A model generated the notes under the pieces. It was not told the origin of the DNA and did no database searches. It saw only the letters and a program-made list of their open reading frames with translations. From a virus: DNA of 63,860 nucleotides. The stretch lies in IMG/VR virus record IMGVR_UViG_3300045391_003291, positions 1 to 63,860 of that record. One strand, 5' to 3'. This document shows, piece after piece, positions 1 through 8,160 of this stretch; the first letter of the stretch is position 1, and each line of letters starts with the position of its first letter. A program made the position numbers and the translations under genes.

Positions 1-51
1 CCATCGCCATCGCCATAGCCATAGCCATTGCCATCGCCATCGCCATTGCCA
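1..51. repeat. Terminal overlap of a circular assembly: nt 1-51 are identical to nt 63810-63860, giving a unit genome of 63,809 bp
   Basis: Hand comparison of both window ends gives 51/51 identical bases, including the same order of 8 hexamer variants (c,c,a,a,t,c,c,t). Confidence 0.85.
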
Positions 52-95
52 TCGCCATTGCCATAGCCATAGCCATTGCCATTGCCATAGCCATA
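1..95 (-). repeat. Hexanucleotide tandem repeat (GCCATN)n, 16 units, coding Gly-Asp/Asn/Tyr dipeptides on the minus strand
   Basis: Strict 6-nt period read directly. Only the third base of ATN varies (c/a/t, giving D/Y/N). Confidence 0.95.
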
Positions 96-110
96 GGCGC
101 TACTGGTCAT
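1..110 (-). CDS. 5' part of a wrap-around gene for a Gly-X dipeptide-repeat protein (117 aa after circular closure; continues 63809 to 63566)
   Basis: ATG at 110-108 overlaps the stop of the upstream ORF (ATGA). It reads MTSSA, then YG YG NG NG YG YG NG DG and so on. The ORF is open to the window edge, and codon phase matches the 3' part once the 51-nt overlap is removed. Confidence 0.6.
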   Translation of the reverse strand, partial: MTSSAYGYGNGNGYGYGNGDGNGDGDGNGYGYGDGD

Positions 111-406
111 GTCTTCGCAGCCGGCTGCTTTTCAAGGATTGCGCGTGCCGCTGCGCTGCACGGAAGCAATTCGATAACTCCCAAGATGTAATGCAGCGGC
201 ACCTCGCATGCGACCTTTCCGCTTTTGATGCCGATCTGGCTAACTTCAGATAGAGAAAAAGCACCGCTCCAACTCCACAGGCGTCTGGATGCAGACAACG
301 TAATTCCACCGGTGTTGTCGACGTGTTCAACGGTACCGTAGTGAACGCCGGCATTGATAGTTCGGATGACACAGTATTGACCTACTGCAGGGTGTTTGTT
401 GCTCAT
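107..406 (-). CDS. hypothetical protein (99 aa)
   Basis: ORF track. Its stop overlaps the next start, and it lies in the leftward operon. Confidence 0.6.
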   Translation of the reverse strand: MSNKHPAVGQYCVIRTINAGVHYGTVEHVDNTGGITLSASRRLWSWSGAFSLSEVSQIGIKSGKVACEVPLHYILGVIELLPCSAAARAILEKQPAAKT

Positions 407-423
407 AAAATTAGTCCTTTGGG

Positions 424-564
424 CTACTCGAAGCCGGCAAACGACAGCAGGTTAATCAGAGCGCCTGCGCACCCCGATATCACCAGCCATCCGTTAAGAG
501 ACAAGGCGCCACCGATAGCGCAGGCGGCGCAGAAAACAGCTAGGGAGAGGCTGTATCGGCGCAT
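424..564 (-). CDS. small hydrophobic protein (46 aa)
   Basis: Internal ATG of ORF 424..690 with AAGGA 6 nt upstream. Sequence MRRYSLSLAVFCAACAIGGALSLNGWLVISGCAGALINLLSFAGFE has two hydrophobic segments. Confidence 0.35.
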   Translation of the reverse strand: MRRYSLSLAVFCAACAIGGALSLNGWLVISGCAGALINLLSFAGFE

Positions 565-749
565 GGTTTGTCCTTGACAGTTGATTCCGGTATGCAATAC
601 GGGCATACGACGATGACCCGTTGAAGGAAAGGTGAAAAAGGGAAGCCATATCTGTCCCAGAAATGTATCCCGCAGGTGCGGCACTCCCACATTCCACCAG
701 CAAGTATTTTGTCTGTGGTGATATGCAATTCACCTTTAACGGTGCTCAC
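540..749 (-). CDS. zinc-ribbon-like protein (69 aa)
   Basis: ORF track with GTG start and AGGA upstream. Paired CRTC ... CPYC motifs. Confidence 0.5.
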   Translation of the reverse strand: MSTVKGELHITTDKILAGGMWECRTCGIHFWDRYGFPFSPFLQRVIVVCPYCIPESTVKDKPCADTASP

Positions 750-766
750 GACTCACGTCCTTTGGG

Positions 767-1123
767 TTACAAGCGATTCATGAGGTCGAGAAACTCGGGA
801 TGCAGGTTGCCGTTATCGGCGAATACCTGAACCGGTTCGCATGGCCAGCCGTCGATGGCCTCAACGAACAGAGGCCACGGGTCGCGGCTGTTCATGATTC
901 TTTTGAGCTCAAGACGATGGCCGCGCGCCTCTACGTGCACGTTCGAAATAGTCAGCGCGCCGCTGTTCTGATCCTGCTGAATGTCGAAAGCTTCGCCTTC
1001 GCCCAATGTGTCGAACACGCGCAAGCCCGGTGTCGTCTCGCTCAGGATGTACAGGCGGCCGTAGCACTTCAGAAGATTGGATTCGTTGAACAGGTCGCGT
1101 GGTATGACTCGGTTGTAGCTCAT
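767..1123 (-). CDS. hypothetical protein (118 aa)
   Basis: Internal ATG (MSYNRVIPRDLFNE...) forms an ATGA overlap with the stop of 1120..1587. Confidence 0.65.
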   Translation of the reverse strand: MSYNRVIPRDLFNESNLLKCYGRLYILSETTPGLRVFDTLGEGEAFDIQQDQNSGALTISNVHVEARGHRLELKRIMNSRDPWPLFVEAIDGWPCEPVQVFADNGNLHPEFLDLMNRL

Positions 1124-1587
1124 TGGCCGTGTCCTTTTGGGGTAGAGCTCGAGGCGCTCCAATCGCGTGCGAGGTTTGTGGCGATTGCTGCGTCTATTTT
1201 CGCGATCAATTCGCGGTCATCCGTGTTCAGGCGGAACGCGAAAGAGTGGGTTAAAAAATTGCCCGTGTAGGTGACGGCTGTCGGGTGATCCGGGTAACAC
1301 GGGGGGCCGTCCAGGTAAAGCGTATGCCCTAGTTTTGCGCTGAACACTTGGCCGCCAGAGCTGAGGGATGGACAGCGGAACGGCTTGCGGTCTGGGTGCG
1401 GCTCAAACTTCGGGCTTTCTGAATGATCCCACAGCCTTTCTAGCGGCCAACGGGACAGCGCATCAAGTAGCCCGGCAATAGTCCCGTGTTCCGGCCAGCC
1501 TTCCCAGCCCGCCGTATGCGGCGAACCAATGTGTTCGATGTCGACCAGGGTTCCGGATTCTGGTCCTTTGGGTGCCTCGGTGTTCAT
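1120..1587 (-). CDS. hypothetical protein (155 aa)
   Basis: ORF track, coupled to the downstream gene. Confidence 0.65.
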   Translation of the reverse strand: MNTEAPKGPESGTLVDIEHIGSPHTAGWEGWPEHGTIAGLLDALSRWPLERLWDHSESPKFEPHPDRKPFRCPSLSSGGQVFSAKLGHTLYLDGPPCYPDHPTAVTYTGNFLTHSFAFRLNTDDRELIAKIDAAIATNLARDWSASSSTPKGHGQ

Positions 1588-1664
1588 GGTGTTCCCTTTG
1601 CGGTTCGGATGGCGCAGGGCGCGCCCAGAAGGGGCCGGCAGGCATTCCCGCCAGCCCCTTGCAG

Positions 1665-2858
1665 TCAGGCCCTGCTAATCGGGATAGTTCGCCCTGTGGG
1701 CGCTACCTGATCCGTGGTGCATACCCAAAGCGTCGGAATGTCCACAACAGCCGGACCAGGGCCGTACAGGTCGGTCAGGTAGATAACGCCGGCGATACTC
1801 TGTGCGTCGTCCTCGCGTAGCTTTTTGGCCAGATCGAACACCGGACGGAAGTCCGTGCCGCCACCTCCCTTTGCCGTTGTGGGAAGCGTGCCGCCCGGCT
1901 CAATGGGATACGTCGCACATATAGCCGCGTCGCAGTCCACGACCAACAGGCTGGACGCTGGATGCTCGGCGCTGCAGTTCGAAATTGCTTCGTTAAACAT
2001 GGAAAGCGTTTGATCGTCGATCGAGCCCGAGGTATCCCGGCAGATCAAGATCAGTCCGGGAGACTCTGACGGACGGCGCCGGGGGTAGATTACACCCTGC
2101 CATGCATGGCGAGAGGGTGACCGCGTCCAATCCGACCGGCTGGGCCCTACCTGATTGATGAATTCGGCGAGCTCCTGACGCCAGTCGATAGGCTGATGCT
2201 TGATGCGCTCCAGCTGCCTTGCAAGGTCCGCCGGGATCGCGCCGCGGCCAAGTGCCTGCGCGGCCTGTGCCGCTTGGATAACGGCCTGCTCCCAATCCTG
2301 ACGGAGCTCCTGAGCGTCTTGTGCGGCCTTGTCGGGCGTCTGACCGGTGTCCGGCTTGGTGAAGGAGCCGCACGGGTTGTTGCCGCTGCCTGAGCCACTG
2401 CCGTCGCCGCCGTCGCCATCATCCTTGGGCAGTGAGTTGTAAATCTCCTCGCAGGACATCCCTTTGTATTGCAGATCGCAGCAGGCGCCTTTCGGCATTG
2501 TGATACCAGGAATGGGCGAGGACGTCTGTCCGGACAGTGTGAGGTTAATTTCATGATCACCTGCGATATTGCCAGCCCCATCCGCTGGCAGGCGCCACAG
2601 ATGGCCGTGTGCGCAATGCAGGGCCTCATGGAGCAGCACAAAACGTAGCTCCTCGTTACTCAGGGACTCGACGAAAGCGCCGTTGTAGATGATGCTGCGG
2701 CCGTCCGTGCACATCGTGCCGCCATGGCCTTTGAACTTGTCGTCGCGGATCGGATTTAGGCGAGACAGCAGCGCCCCATAAAAAGGCTGTTCTGACAGTG
2801 CCCACCAGCGCGCCCGGTCAATCTTCAGGCTGATTGCTTCGTCTTGCTTCGTGCTCAT
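1665..2858 (-). CDS. VWA-domain protein with an N-terminal zincin-like metallopeptidase domain (DUF2201-type architecture)
   Basis: HExxH in LLHEALHCAHGH. MIDAS-like DxSGS in ICRDTSGSID. Partnered with the AAA+ ATPase at 4124. Confidence 0.8.
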   Translation of the reverse strand: MSTKQDEAISLKIDRARWWALSEQPFYGALLSRLNPIRDDKFKGHGGTMCTDGRSIIYNGAFVESLSNEELRFVLLHEALHCAHGHLWRLPADGAGNIAGDHEINLTLSGQTSSPIPGITMPKGACCDLQYKGMSCEEIYNSLPKDDGDGGDGSGSGSGNNPCGSFTKPDTGQTPDKAAQDAQELRQDWEQAVIQAAQAAQALGRGAIPADLARQLERIKHQPIDWRQELAEFINQVGPSRSDWTRSPSRHAWQGVIYPRRRPSESPGLILICRDTSGSIDDQTLSMFNEAISNCSAEHPASSLLVVDCDAAICATYPIEPGGTLPTTAKGGGGTDFRPVFDLAKKLREDDAQSIAGVIYLTDLYGPGPAVVDIPTLWVCTTDQVAPTGRTIPISRA

Positions 2859-2859
2859 C

Positions 2860-3084
2860 TCAAATAGTCCTCGTATTCCACTGTTGAATTGCTCTGGACT
2901 TCACGCTGGCGCTTGATTCATTGCACCAGCCGTTACCGTCCTTTGTTGTCTTGACTTCAAGGCGGATACCGCAAGTACACGACACGATCGCCTCAAAGTT
3001 ATATCCGCAGCGCTCATCTGATCCGCTCGTTGTATGGATGCGCACGGGTTTTCCGCAAAGCGGGCAAGGCTTCATATCGTCCAT
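2860..3084 (-). CDS. Lar-family-like restriction alleviation protein (74 aa)
   Basis: MDDMKPCPLCG ... SCTCG ... AIQQWNTR matches the remembered Lar pattern (KPCPxCG, second Cys pair, C-terminal WNxR). The start was chosen just after the upstream stop. Confidence 0.55.
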   Translation of the reverse strand: MDDMKPCPLCGKPVRIHTTSGSDERCGYNFEAIVSCTCGIRLEVKTTKDGNGWCNESSASVKSRAIQQWNTRTI

Positions 3085-3088
3085 TACC

Positions 3089-3880
3089 TCACACCCCCAG
3101 CATGGAAAGAATGGACGCCGCCTTCGCGGCCGTTTGGTTGCGGGCTTGGTCATCTTCGCGCAGGGCTTCCGCGCTCAGGATGGTCAGCGGTGCCGCCGCA
3201 TCGGCAACCGCTTGCAGTTCCGGGATGCCGACAATGTCAAGATCAGGGACCAGGGCGACCACGTCGCGCAGCTGCTCGAATACGGATGCGTATAGCTTGC
3301 CGTCACTGGCGCAGCGGTCGCGCACGCGCTCCAGAGCTTCGGTAAGCCGCTCGCGCAGTTCATCTGATGCAGCCCGGGCCGACTCCGACAGCCACTCCGA
3401 CCACGCGCCATCAGTCGGGCAGGACAGGTAACGGACATTGAGTCCGAACTTTTCCGCGATAGCGGCCTGCGTCGGCCACATCGACGCATCGTACAAACCA
3501 TTGAGCCGGGCCGGAGCGGCTGCCGCCTCGCTGGCGTAGTCGGACAGGAAGCGGGACACGATGGCGTCATGCTCAGAGCGATAGCGGCGCATCATGTCGG
3601 AGTGCTCCAGATGCCGCGCCGCAGGGATCATGCGCATGCCGTCCTGCACAGACGGAAGGGAAAGGCGCCGATGGTCCGCATAGACGCTCTGGTGAAGGCT
3701 GGCGAGCTCCTGCAGGGCCGGATGGTTGCAGATGGTCACCAGGACGCGCGGGGCGTCGCTGTGGTGCTTCTGGCGGGCCGCGGCGGTTTCTTTCTTATGC
3801 AACTTGGTCGCGCGCCACATGCTGCAGCTGATCGTCGTCAGCATCGTACGGGCGGCAATGCCGGATACGTCGAAAGTCAT
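3089..3880 (-). CDS. hypothetical protein, possibly the DUF3150-like partner of AAA/VWA modules (263 aa)
   Basis: Internal ATG (MTFDVSGIAART...) with GAGGGG RBS. It sits between the AAA+ and VWA genes. The family assignment is from memory only. Confidence 0.45.
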   Translation of the reverse strand: MTFDVSGIAARTMLTTISCSMWRATKLHKKETAAARQKHHSDAPRVLVTICNHPALQELASLHQSVYADHRRLSLPSVQDGMRMIPAARHLEHSDMMRRYRSEHDAIVSRFLSDYASEAAAAPARLNGLYDASMWPTQAAIAEKFGLNVRYLSCPTDGAWSEWLSESARAASDELRERLTEALERVRDRCASDGKLYASVFEQLRDVVALVPDLDIVGIPELQAVADAAAPLTILSAEALREDDQARNQTAAKAASILSMLGV

Positions 3881-3956
3881 TTGAATCCCCTCTAAGGTTC
3901 GGATGATGCGGAGCGCATCTAGCTGCACCCAGTTGCCCAGGTGCAGCCCGCTGCGT

Positions 3957-4115
3957 TCACTCAATGTCGATTTGCCGACGCTCCGCCTCGTCTTTAGCAA
4001 GCTCTGCATAGTCAGAGCGGCCTGCCTCTGTTTCCTTGAGATAGACGCCACACACCTGATTAGCCGTGCATGCTCTCAAGTAGTCTTTGAATTCCTGACG
4101 GTCTTTAGAGGACAT
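3957..4115 (-). CDS. small hypothetical protein (52 aa)
   Basis: Internal ATG (MSSKDRQEFKDY...) of ORF 3957..4166, downstream of the AAA stop. Confidence 0.4.
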   Translation of the reverse strand: MSSKDRQEFKDYLRACTANQVCGVYLKETEAGRSDYAELAKDEAERRQIDIE

Positions 4116-4123
4116 GGCAGTGA

Positions 4124-5149
4124 TTAGATGAAAATGGCTTGATTTGCCGTGAACCACTGCACCCAATCCGGTTCCCCGCCCAGCTTGGCACCCAGCCTGC
4201 GAAACACGTCACGCGCCAACAGAGCACCGTAGACGCGCGGCATGCGTGCCAGATACTGAACGACGGCCCGGGTGTGCTCCGGCTTTGCTGCCATGCCTAC
4301 CATTGCGCAGACGAGGTAAAGCGCCTGCGGATCGGTCGGGATAATGGCGCCCTTGGGGTCCATGAATACGGCGTCGGGCGTAGGCACTTGCTCGGCCAGC
4401 TTGGCAAAGGCAAGAAACTCGGCGGCAGCCGGCTTGCCGATGGCTGCCGCTATGTCGGCCAGCTGCTGTAGACCATCCTTCCAGAGCTTTACGACTACTT
4501 CCCAGCTGCGGAAGTCCGGCATGCGGATAGACGGATCGGCGCAGGGCTTCCATGCGTGCAAGGTGCGGCCAGAGGTCGAGCGGTGCCACGCAATGACTTC
4601 GGGCGCCGCTTCCTGCTCAATCGCCCAATTCACCCAGTTGGAAACCTCGTCCTCCCACGTTCCCAGCATTACCCCGCCGGCCGGGTCATCGGTAGCACCA
4701 GGGGTCGGCAGCTGGAAGGCGAGGTCGAAGCGGGACCGGAGCGGCTCGCACAAGGCAGTAACGCCGGCCTTGTCGCCGGGCCGATTGGTGGCGCCGCAGA
4801 TCAACACGGATTCGGAGAGCTCGCCGGCATCAAACAAGCGCATCAATGCGGCCTGTACGTCCATCGGAGCTTGTCCAAGGTCGTCCAACAGTAGCAGGGT
4901 CGGCTCGTTTGTCGTCTTGAGATCGTTCAGCAGTTCCAGCGGTAGGGAACGCGTGACGCCGGCCCCGTGATCCGGGACAAGGCATCCGCCGAAGTCCACA
5001 CGCTCCGACAGACTGGCGCGCATGACGATCAAGCGGCGGCCTTCCTTGGCGGCAGCGGCCCGAAGGCGCGCAGTCTTGCCAGTCCCGGGAGGACCGACCA
5101 GAAGCACGCGGCGATCCGCCCCGATGTAGCGTTCGATAGTTGTTTGCAT
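4124..5149 (-). CDS. MoxR/CobS-like AAA+ ATPase (341 aa)
   Basis: Walker A in VGPPGTGKTA and Walker B in LLLLDDLG. GAGGGG RBS before MQTTIERY. Confidence 0.85.
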   Translation of the reverse strand: MQTTIERYIGADRRVLLVGPPGTGKTARLRAAAAKEGRRLIVMRASLSERVDFGGCLVPDHGAGVTRSLPLELLNDLKTTNEPTLLLLDDLGQAPMDVQAALMRLFDAGELSESVLICGATNRPGDKAGVTALCEPLRSRFDLAFQLPTPGATDDPAGGVMLGTWEDEVSNWVNWAIEQEAAPEVIAWHRSTSGRTLHAWKPCADPSIRMPDFRSWEVVVKLWKDGLQQLADIAAAIGKPAAAEFLAFAKLAEQVPTPDAVFMDPKGAIIPTDPQALYLVCAMVGMAAKPEHTRAVVQYLARMPRVYGALLARDVFRRLGAKLGGEPDWVQWFTANQAIFI

Positions 5150-5225
5150 CGTAGACCCCTCAAAAGGTTTGGATGGTGCGGAATGCACCCCGTAGAACCC
5201 GCAGCGCAGGCCCTACAGGCTGGAT

Positions 5226-5603
5226 TCAGGCAACAGGCTTGCGGGTGGCTGCGAGGGTGTTGCGAATGATCGTGAGCACGTCATCATTCGGCGGGATATC
5301 GCGGTGACGCATATTCTCCAAAGTCTGCAGACGGCCTTCAGCGATTTGCAGCGCAGCTACTAGCGCGTCGTAGTTGCTAGCCTTCGCTTGCAGCGCTTCC
5401 TGCAATTCGTCGCCTTCAAGCTCGTATTCTTCGAGCCCGCGGAGCTCGCCGCAGTCGTTGCACCAGCAGTCATCGTAGGTATTGCCGAGTACCCAGGCCT
5501 GTGCAATGGGGTTCCAAACGCTGTTCGCATCGTTGCCGCAATTGGTACTGCCGCACTGCGGGCAGCGGTAGCCGATCAGCTTGGGGGATGTGGTTGCGGT
5601 CAC
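5226..5603 (-). CDS. zinc-ribbon plus coiled-coil protein (125 aa)
   Basis: CPQCG ... CNDCG, followed by a helical C-terminal half. Confidence 0.6.
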   Translation of the reverse strand: MTATTSPKLIGYRCPQCGSTNCGNDANSVWNPIAQAWVLGNTYDDCWCNDCGELRGLEEYELEGDELQEALQAKASNYDALVAALQIAEGRLQTLENMRHRDIPPNDDVLTIIRNTLAATRKPVA

Positions 5604-5605
5604 GG

Positions 5606-5818
5606 CTACTTACTCCGGTTGAACAGCCACGTCAGCCAGGACCGGCGCACCGGCCGCACGGGCTCATCGATACGGGTAGGCGACAGGGTTACCAGCCCAT
5701 TCCGCCGCTCCTGCTCGCGCTGGTTCAGGGTGTCCCGCATTTGCCAGTTGGCGATGGCTTCTGATGTGCGCTCAAGGTCGCAGAGCAACTTAGTTTCGCT
5801 GTGGTGCTGTGTAGCCAT
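5606..5818 (-). CDS. hypothetical protein (70 aa)
   Basis: ORF track, with GAGG 8 nt upstream of the ATG at 5818. Confidence 0.55.
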   Translation of the reverse strand: MATQHHSETKLLCDLERTSEAIANWQMRDTLNQREQERRNGLVTLSPTRIDEPVRPVRRSWLTWLFNRSK

Positions 5819-5827
5819 GGGATTACC

Positions 5828-6007
5828 TCAGGTGAGCGGGAACATGCGCGCACAATAGCTGCGCAGGGCTTTGTATGCGATGCGGCGCCCGATCTTGCGA
5901 GCGATTGCCCGGAAGGTCGGCAGCCGCTGCCGTTGGAACTGTGCACGCTGCCAGCGCTCGCGCTCGATAGCGTCGGCCCAAGCTGTAACGGATGGCGGGT
6001 TGCTCAT
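5828..6007 (-). CDS. hypothetical protein (59 aa), first gene of the leftward operon
   Basis: Hand translation: MSNPPSVTAWADAIERERWQRAQFQRQRLPTFRAIARKIGRRIAYKALRSYCARMFPLT. It is below the ORF-track length cut-off. Confidence 0.5.
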   Translation of the reverse strand: MSNPPSVTAWADAIERERWQRAQFQRQRLPTFRAIARKIGRRIAYKALRSYCARMFPLT

Positions 6008-6073
6008 AACAGGCCCTCGAAGGTTCGGCGCGTGTCGGATGTCACGCGAGACACGAATATATGCGCGTCAACG

Positions 6074-6091
6074 AAACGTGTCAACACGTTT
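6074..6091. promoter_or_regulatory. Perfect palindrome AAACGTGT-CA-ACACGTTT (candidate operator) in a divergent control region
   Basis: Read directly. It lies between the divergent gene starts at 6007 and 6156. Confidence 0.5.
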
Positions 6092-6102
6092 AGCACAAAC
6101 CC

Positions 6103-6131
6103 TTGAATGGCAATGCGCGCTGTCCTATCGT
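6103..6131 (+). promoter_or_regulatory. Candidate sigma70 promoter TTGAAT-N17-TATCGT for the paralog island
   Basis: Hexamers and 17-nt spacer counted by hand. It sits 25 nt upstream of the ATG at 6156. Confidence 0.4.
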
Positions 6132-6155
6132 CGAAGCCAAAGGGGGATGGTGGTC

Positions 6156-6512
6156 ATGTACGAAAGAATCGACCGAGTGCCCGGAAATAGCATTGGCGAG
6201 CAACAAAAAAGATTGTTTGCCAGCATCAAGGCTGGCGGCTGCAGTGCTGTTCGTAAGCTCATGTGTGGCCAGCACATCGACAATATGTCGAACACCGAAA
6301 AACTAGGTTTGTTGCAGATAATGGGTGTGCAACTTCGTACCCAGCTCCCGGAGTGTGACATCCACACGAAAACTTACACCATGGTCATTTATGTAAGTAG
6401 CGGGGTCGATATGACACAGGAAATTGACCGTCTGACCGTGACGGAAATGGGCGGTCTTGTTACAAGGACGCTATCTCTAAGCAAGCTCCAGGAGCTCGCG
6501 GCCCATCTATGA
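6156..6512 (+). CDS. paralog family member a (118 aa)
   Basis: Internal ATG after the GGGGG RBS. Motifs HIDNMSNTEKLGLLQIMGV and QEIDRLTVTE. Confidence 0.65.
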   Translation: MYERIDRVPGNSIGEQQKRLFASIKAGGCSAVRKLMCGQHIDNMSNTEKLGLLQIMGVQLRTQLPECDIHTKTYTMVIYVSSGVDMTQEIDRLTVTEMGGLVTRTLSLSKLQELAAHL

Positions 6513-7051
6513 AACGCCATCTCTACCAATCAGCCATGGAGCAACGTTTCGACGCGCTGAAGGCCTCCAGGGAGGCCGGCAGACAGGGCATTCAGAAGCT
6601 ACTGAAGGGCTACCATATCGATAGCCTGACCAAGGTCCAACAGACAGGGATATGCGTCTTACTTGGCTTGGATACGGTCGTTAAAGGGACCTTTGTCCGT
6701 CTAGTCGACCCGCCGAGCTTCGAACATGAAATCGGCGCACTGACAATCAGGTTTGCATGGCATGTGGAGGTATTAAAAACAGATCGCCTTCAAGCCATGC
6801 TTGCGCCTGATTTTGAGCCAAAGCCGCTTAAGAACGTTTGGACTATGGATGTAGGCCGCTCTATGGTTTGGTTTAGGGTGGTTACAGCAGACGGACGCGT
6901 GATGTCAATGCAAAGCCCTCACGTGTACCCCAAGCAATATCCGCACACTAGTATCGAAATAAAGGCTCGACAGTTGGGTAAGAGTAAGGCTCTAGAGCAA
7001 TTAACGATCGGTATGATTGATCGAATCAGATCGGATATCGACCGTGAGTAA
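6509..7051 (+). CDS. paralog family member b (180 aa)
   Basis: ATGA overlap. Motifs HIDSLTKVQQTGICVLLGL and HEIGALTIRF. Confidence 0.7.
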   Translation: MKRHLYQSAMEQRFDALKASREAGRQGIQKLLKGYHIDSLTKVQQTGICVLLGLDTVVKGTFVRLVDPPSFEHEIGALTIRFAWHVEVLKTDRLQAMLAPDFEPKPLKNVWTMDVGRSMVWFRVVTADGRVMSMQSPHVYPKQYPHTSIEIKARQLGKSKALEQLTIGMIDRIRSDIDRE

Positions 7052-7385
7052 TTGGGATGTCGTATTTGTTATGGATGCTGCAGAGTTGATCGGGCGAATA
7101 ACTAAGAAATCGGCAAGTGCACGAAAGCGTGAAATTAATAAACTCGCTACGGAATGCATCATTGCGATACTGCGCGGCAAAGAAGTAAAACAAATCGATC
7201 CGCGAAGCGTTTCTGCTCTTATCAAATCCACAATGCTTGTAAACGCAAACACTATAAAAATATCGATTGATCAGCTTGAATTTATCTTCATGAGCAAACC
7301 CGTCGCTCGCCTGTCCCTATGGGATTGCCAGATCGAGTTACAAAGATACAAACACAGGCCTATATTTAAGGAAATCTCGCAATGA
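7044..7385 (+). CDS. divergent paralog c (113 aa; an alternative ATG at 7017 gives 122 aa)
   Basis: GTG in frame with ORF 7017..7385. Weak motif IDQLEFIF. Confidence 0.5.
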   Translation: MSNWDVVFVMDAAELIGRITKKSASARKREINKLATECIIAILRGKEVKQIDPRSVSALIKSTMLVNANTIKISIDQLEFIFMSKPVARLSLWDCQIELQRYKHRPIFKEISQ

Positions 7386-7747
7386 TCCCCCTGTTTCCGA
7401 TCCGCGACGGCTTCCCCATTCACGAACTTCGCAACCGTGGGGCGCTGGTGATCGATGACATCGTTAAGAGTGGCGCTCATATAAGCAGAATGAGCAATTC
7501 CGAACTGGTAGCCCTCTATGTCGCCATTGGGGGCCCGTACGGTGTAGAACGAGGGTATTTGATGCCTCTAACGAAAGTAGATCTAGATCAAGAACTGGGG
7601 TGTCTTGTTGTAGTAGAAAACGGCCGAGCTCGCCGCTTCACTTACGCGCAAATGAAGGAGTGCGCAGATAAAGCTAGAAGAGAGAGGGAAGTAAAAAACA
7701 GTAGGAACCTTTTCCGTATAGGCAATGATCGCCCATGGATGTACTGA
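7382..7747 (+). CDS. paralog family member d (121 aa)
   Basis: ATGA overlap. Motifs HISRMSNSELVALYVAIGG, QELGCLVVVE and FTYAQM. Confidence 0.7.
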   Translation: MIPLFPIRDGFPIHELRNRGALVIDDIVKSGAHISRMSNSELVALYVAIGGPYGVERGYLMPLTKVDLDQELGCLVVVENGRARRFTYAQMKECADKARREREVKNSRNLFRIGNDRPWMY

Positions 7748-7796
7748 CGTTGCAACTGTATAGGGTCAAGTCTATTCTGAGCCTAGAGACGCAAAA

Positions 7797-7816
7797 CCCG
7801 CCATAAGGCGGGTTCT
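7797..7816 (+). terminator. Hairpin CCCGCC-ATAA-GGCGGG followed by TTCT
   Basis: Read directly, 50 nt after the stop at 7747. The U tract is weak. Confidence 0.5.
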
Positions 7817-7926
7817 ACGCTCCAGATGATGAGCATCTGAATTCTGACGTGTGACGGCACGGCAGCGGCGCGCGGCGAAATTCTCGCCCACGCTTCAAGC
7901 CTCGTCAACAGTAGCGAGGTTTGAGA

Positions 7927-8160
7927 ATGCCAAAACGATCACCCATCCCGACCGCTGACGAGATCAGAGGACCGAGCACGCCCGTTCACCATTACAGCCG
8001 ATTGACGGTGCTGGCGAACGAAGCCGGACGCTTCTTCGTGGGCAAGGTCGCTTTTATGCTGATGACGGACGGCGGCAATACCTCGGTGCAGATCAGTAGC
8101 AGGACGTGGGACACGCGCCAAGCCGCGCAGGATGCACTTGATGGCGAGTTCTTCGTGTGA
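7927..8160 (+). CDS. hypothetical protein (77 aa; a TTG at 7921 is also possible), weakly paralog-like
   Basis: ORF track. The segment HHYSRLTVLANEA resembles family motif 2. Confidence 0.5.
   Translation: MPKRSPIPTADEIRGPSTPVHHYSRLTVLANEAGRFFVGKVAFMLMTDGGNTSVQISSRTWDTRQAAQDALDGEFFV

Noticed and set aside
5871-6155. N-terminal 95-aa extension of the first paralog gene (track ORF 5871..6512)
   Set aside because: The extension overlaps the minus-strand 59-aa gene and the divergent control region. The ATG at 6156, with a G-rich RBS, fits better.
7750-7778. TTGCAA-N17-TATTCT promoter after the paralog operon
   Set aside because: A terminator hairpin follows within about 20 nt of the would-be start, so a productive transcript is unlikely. 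This may be a chance match in AT-rich DNA.
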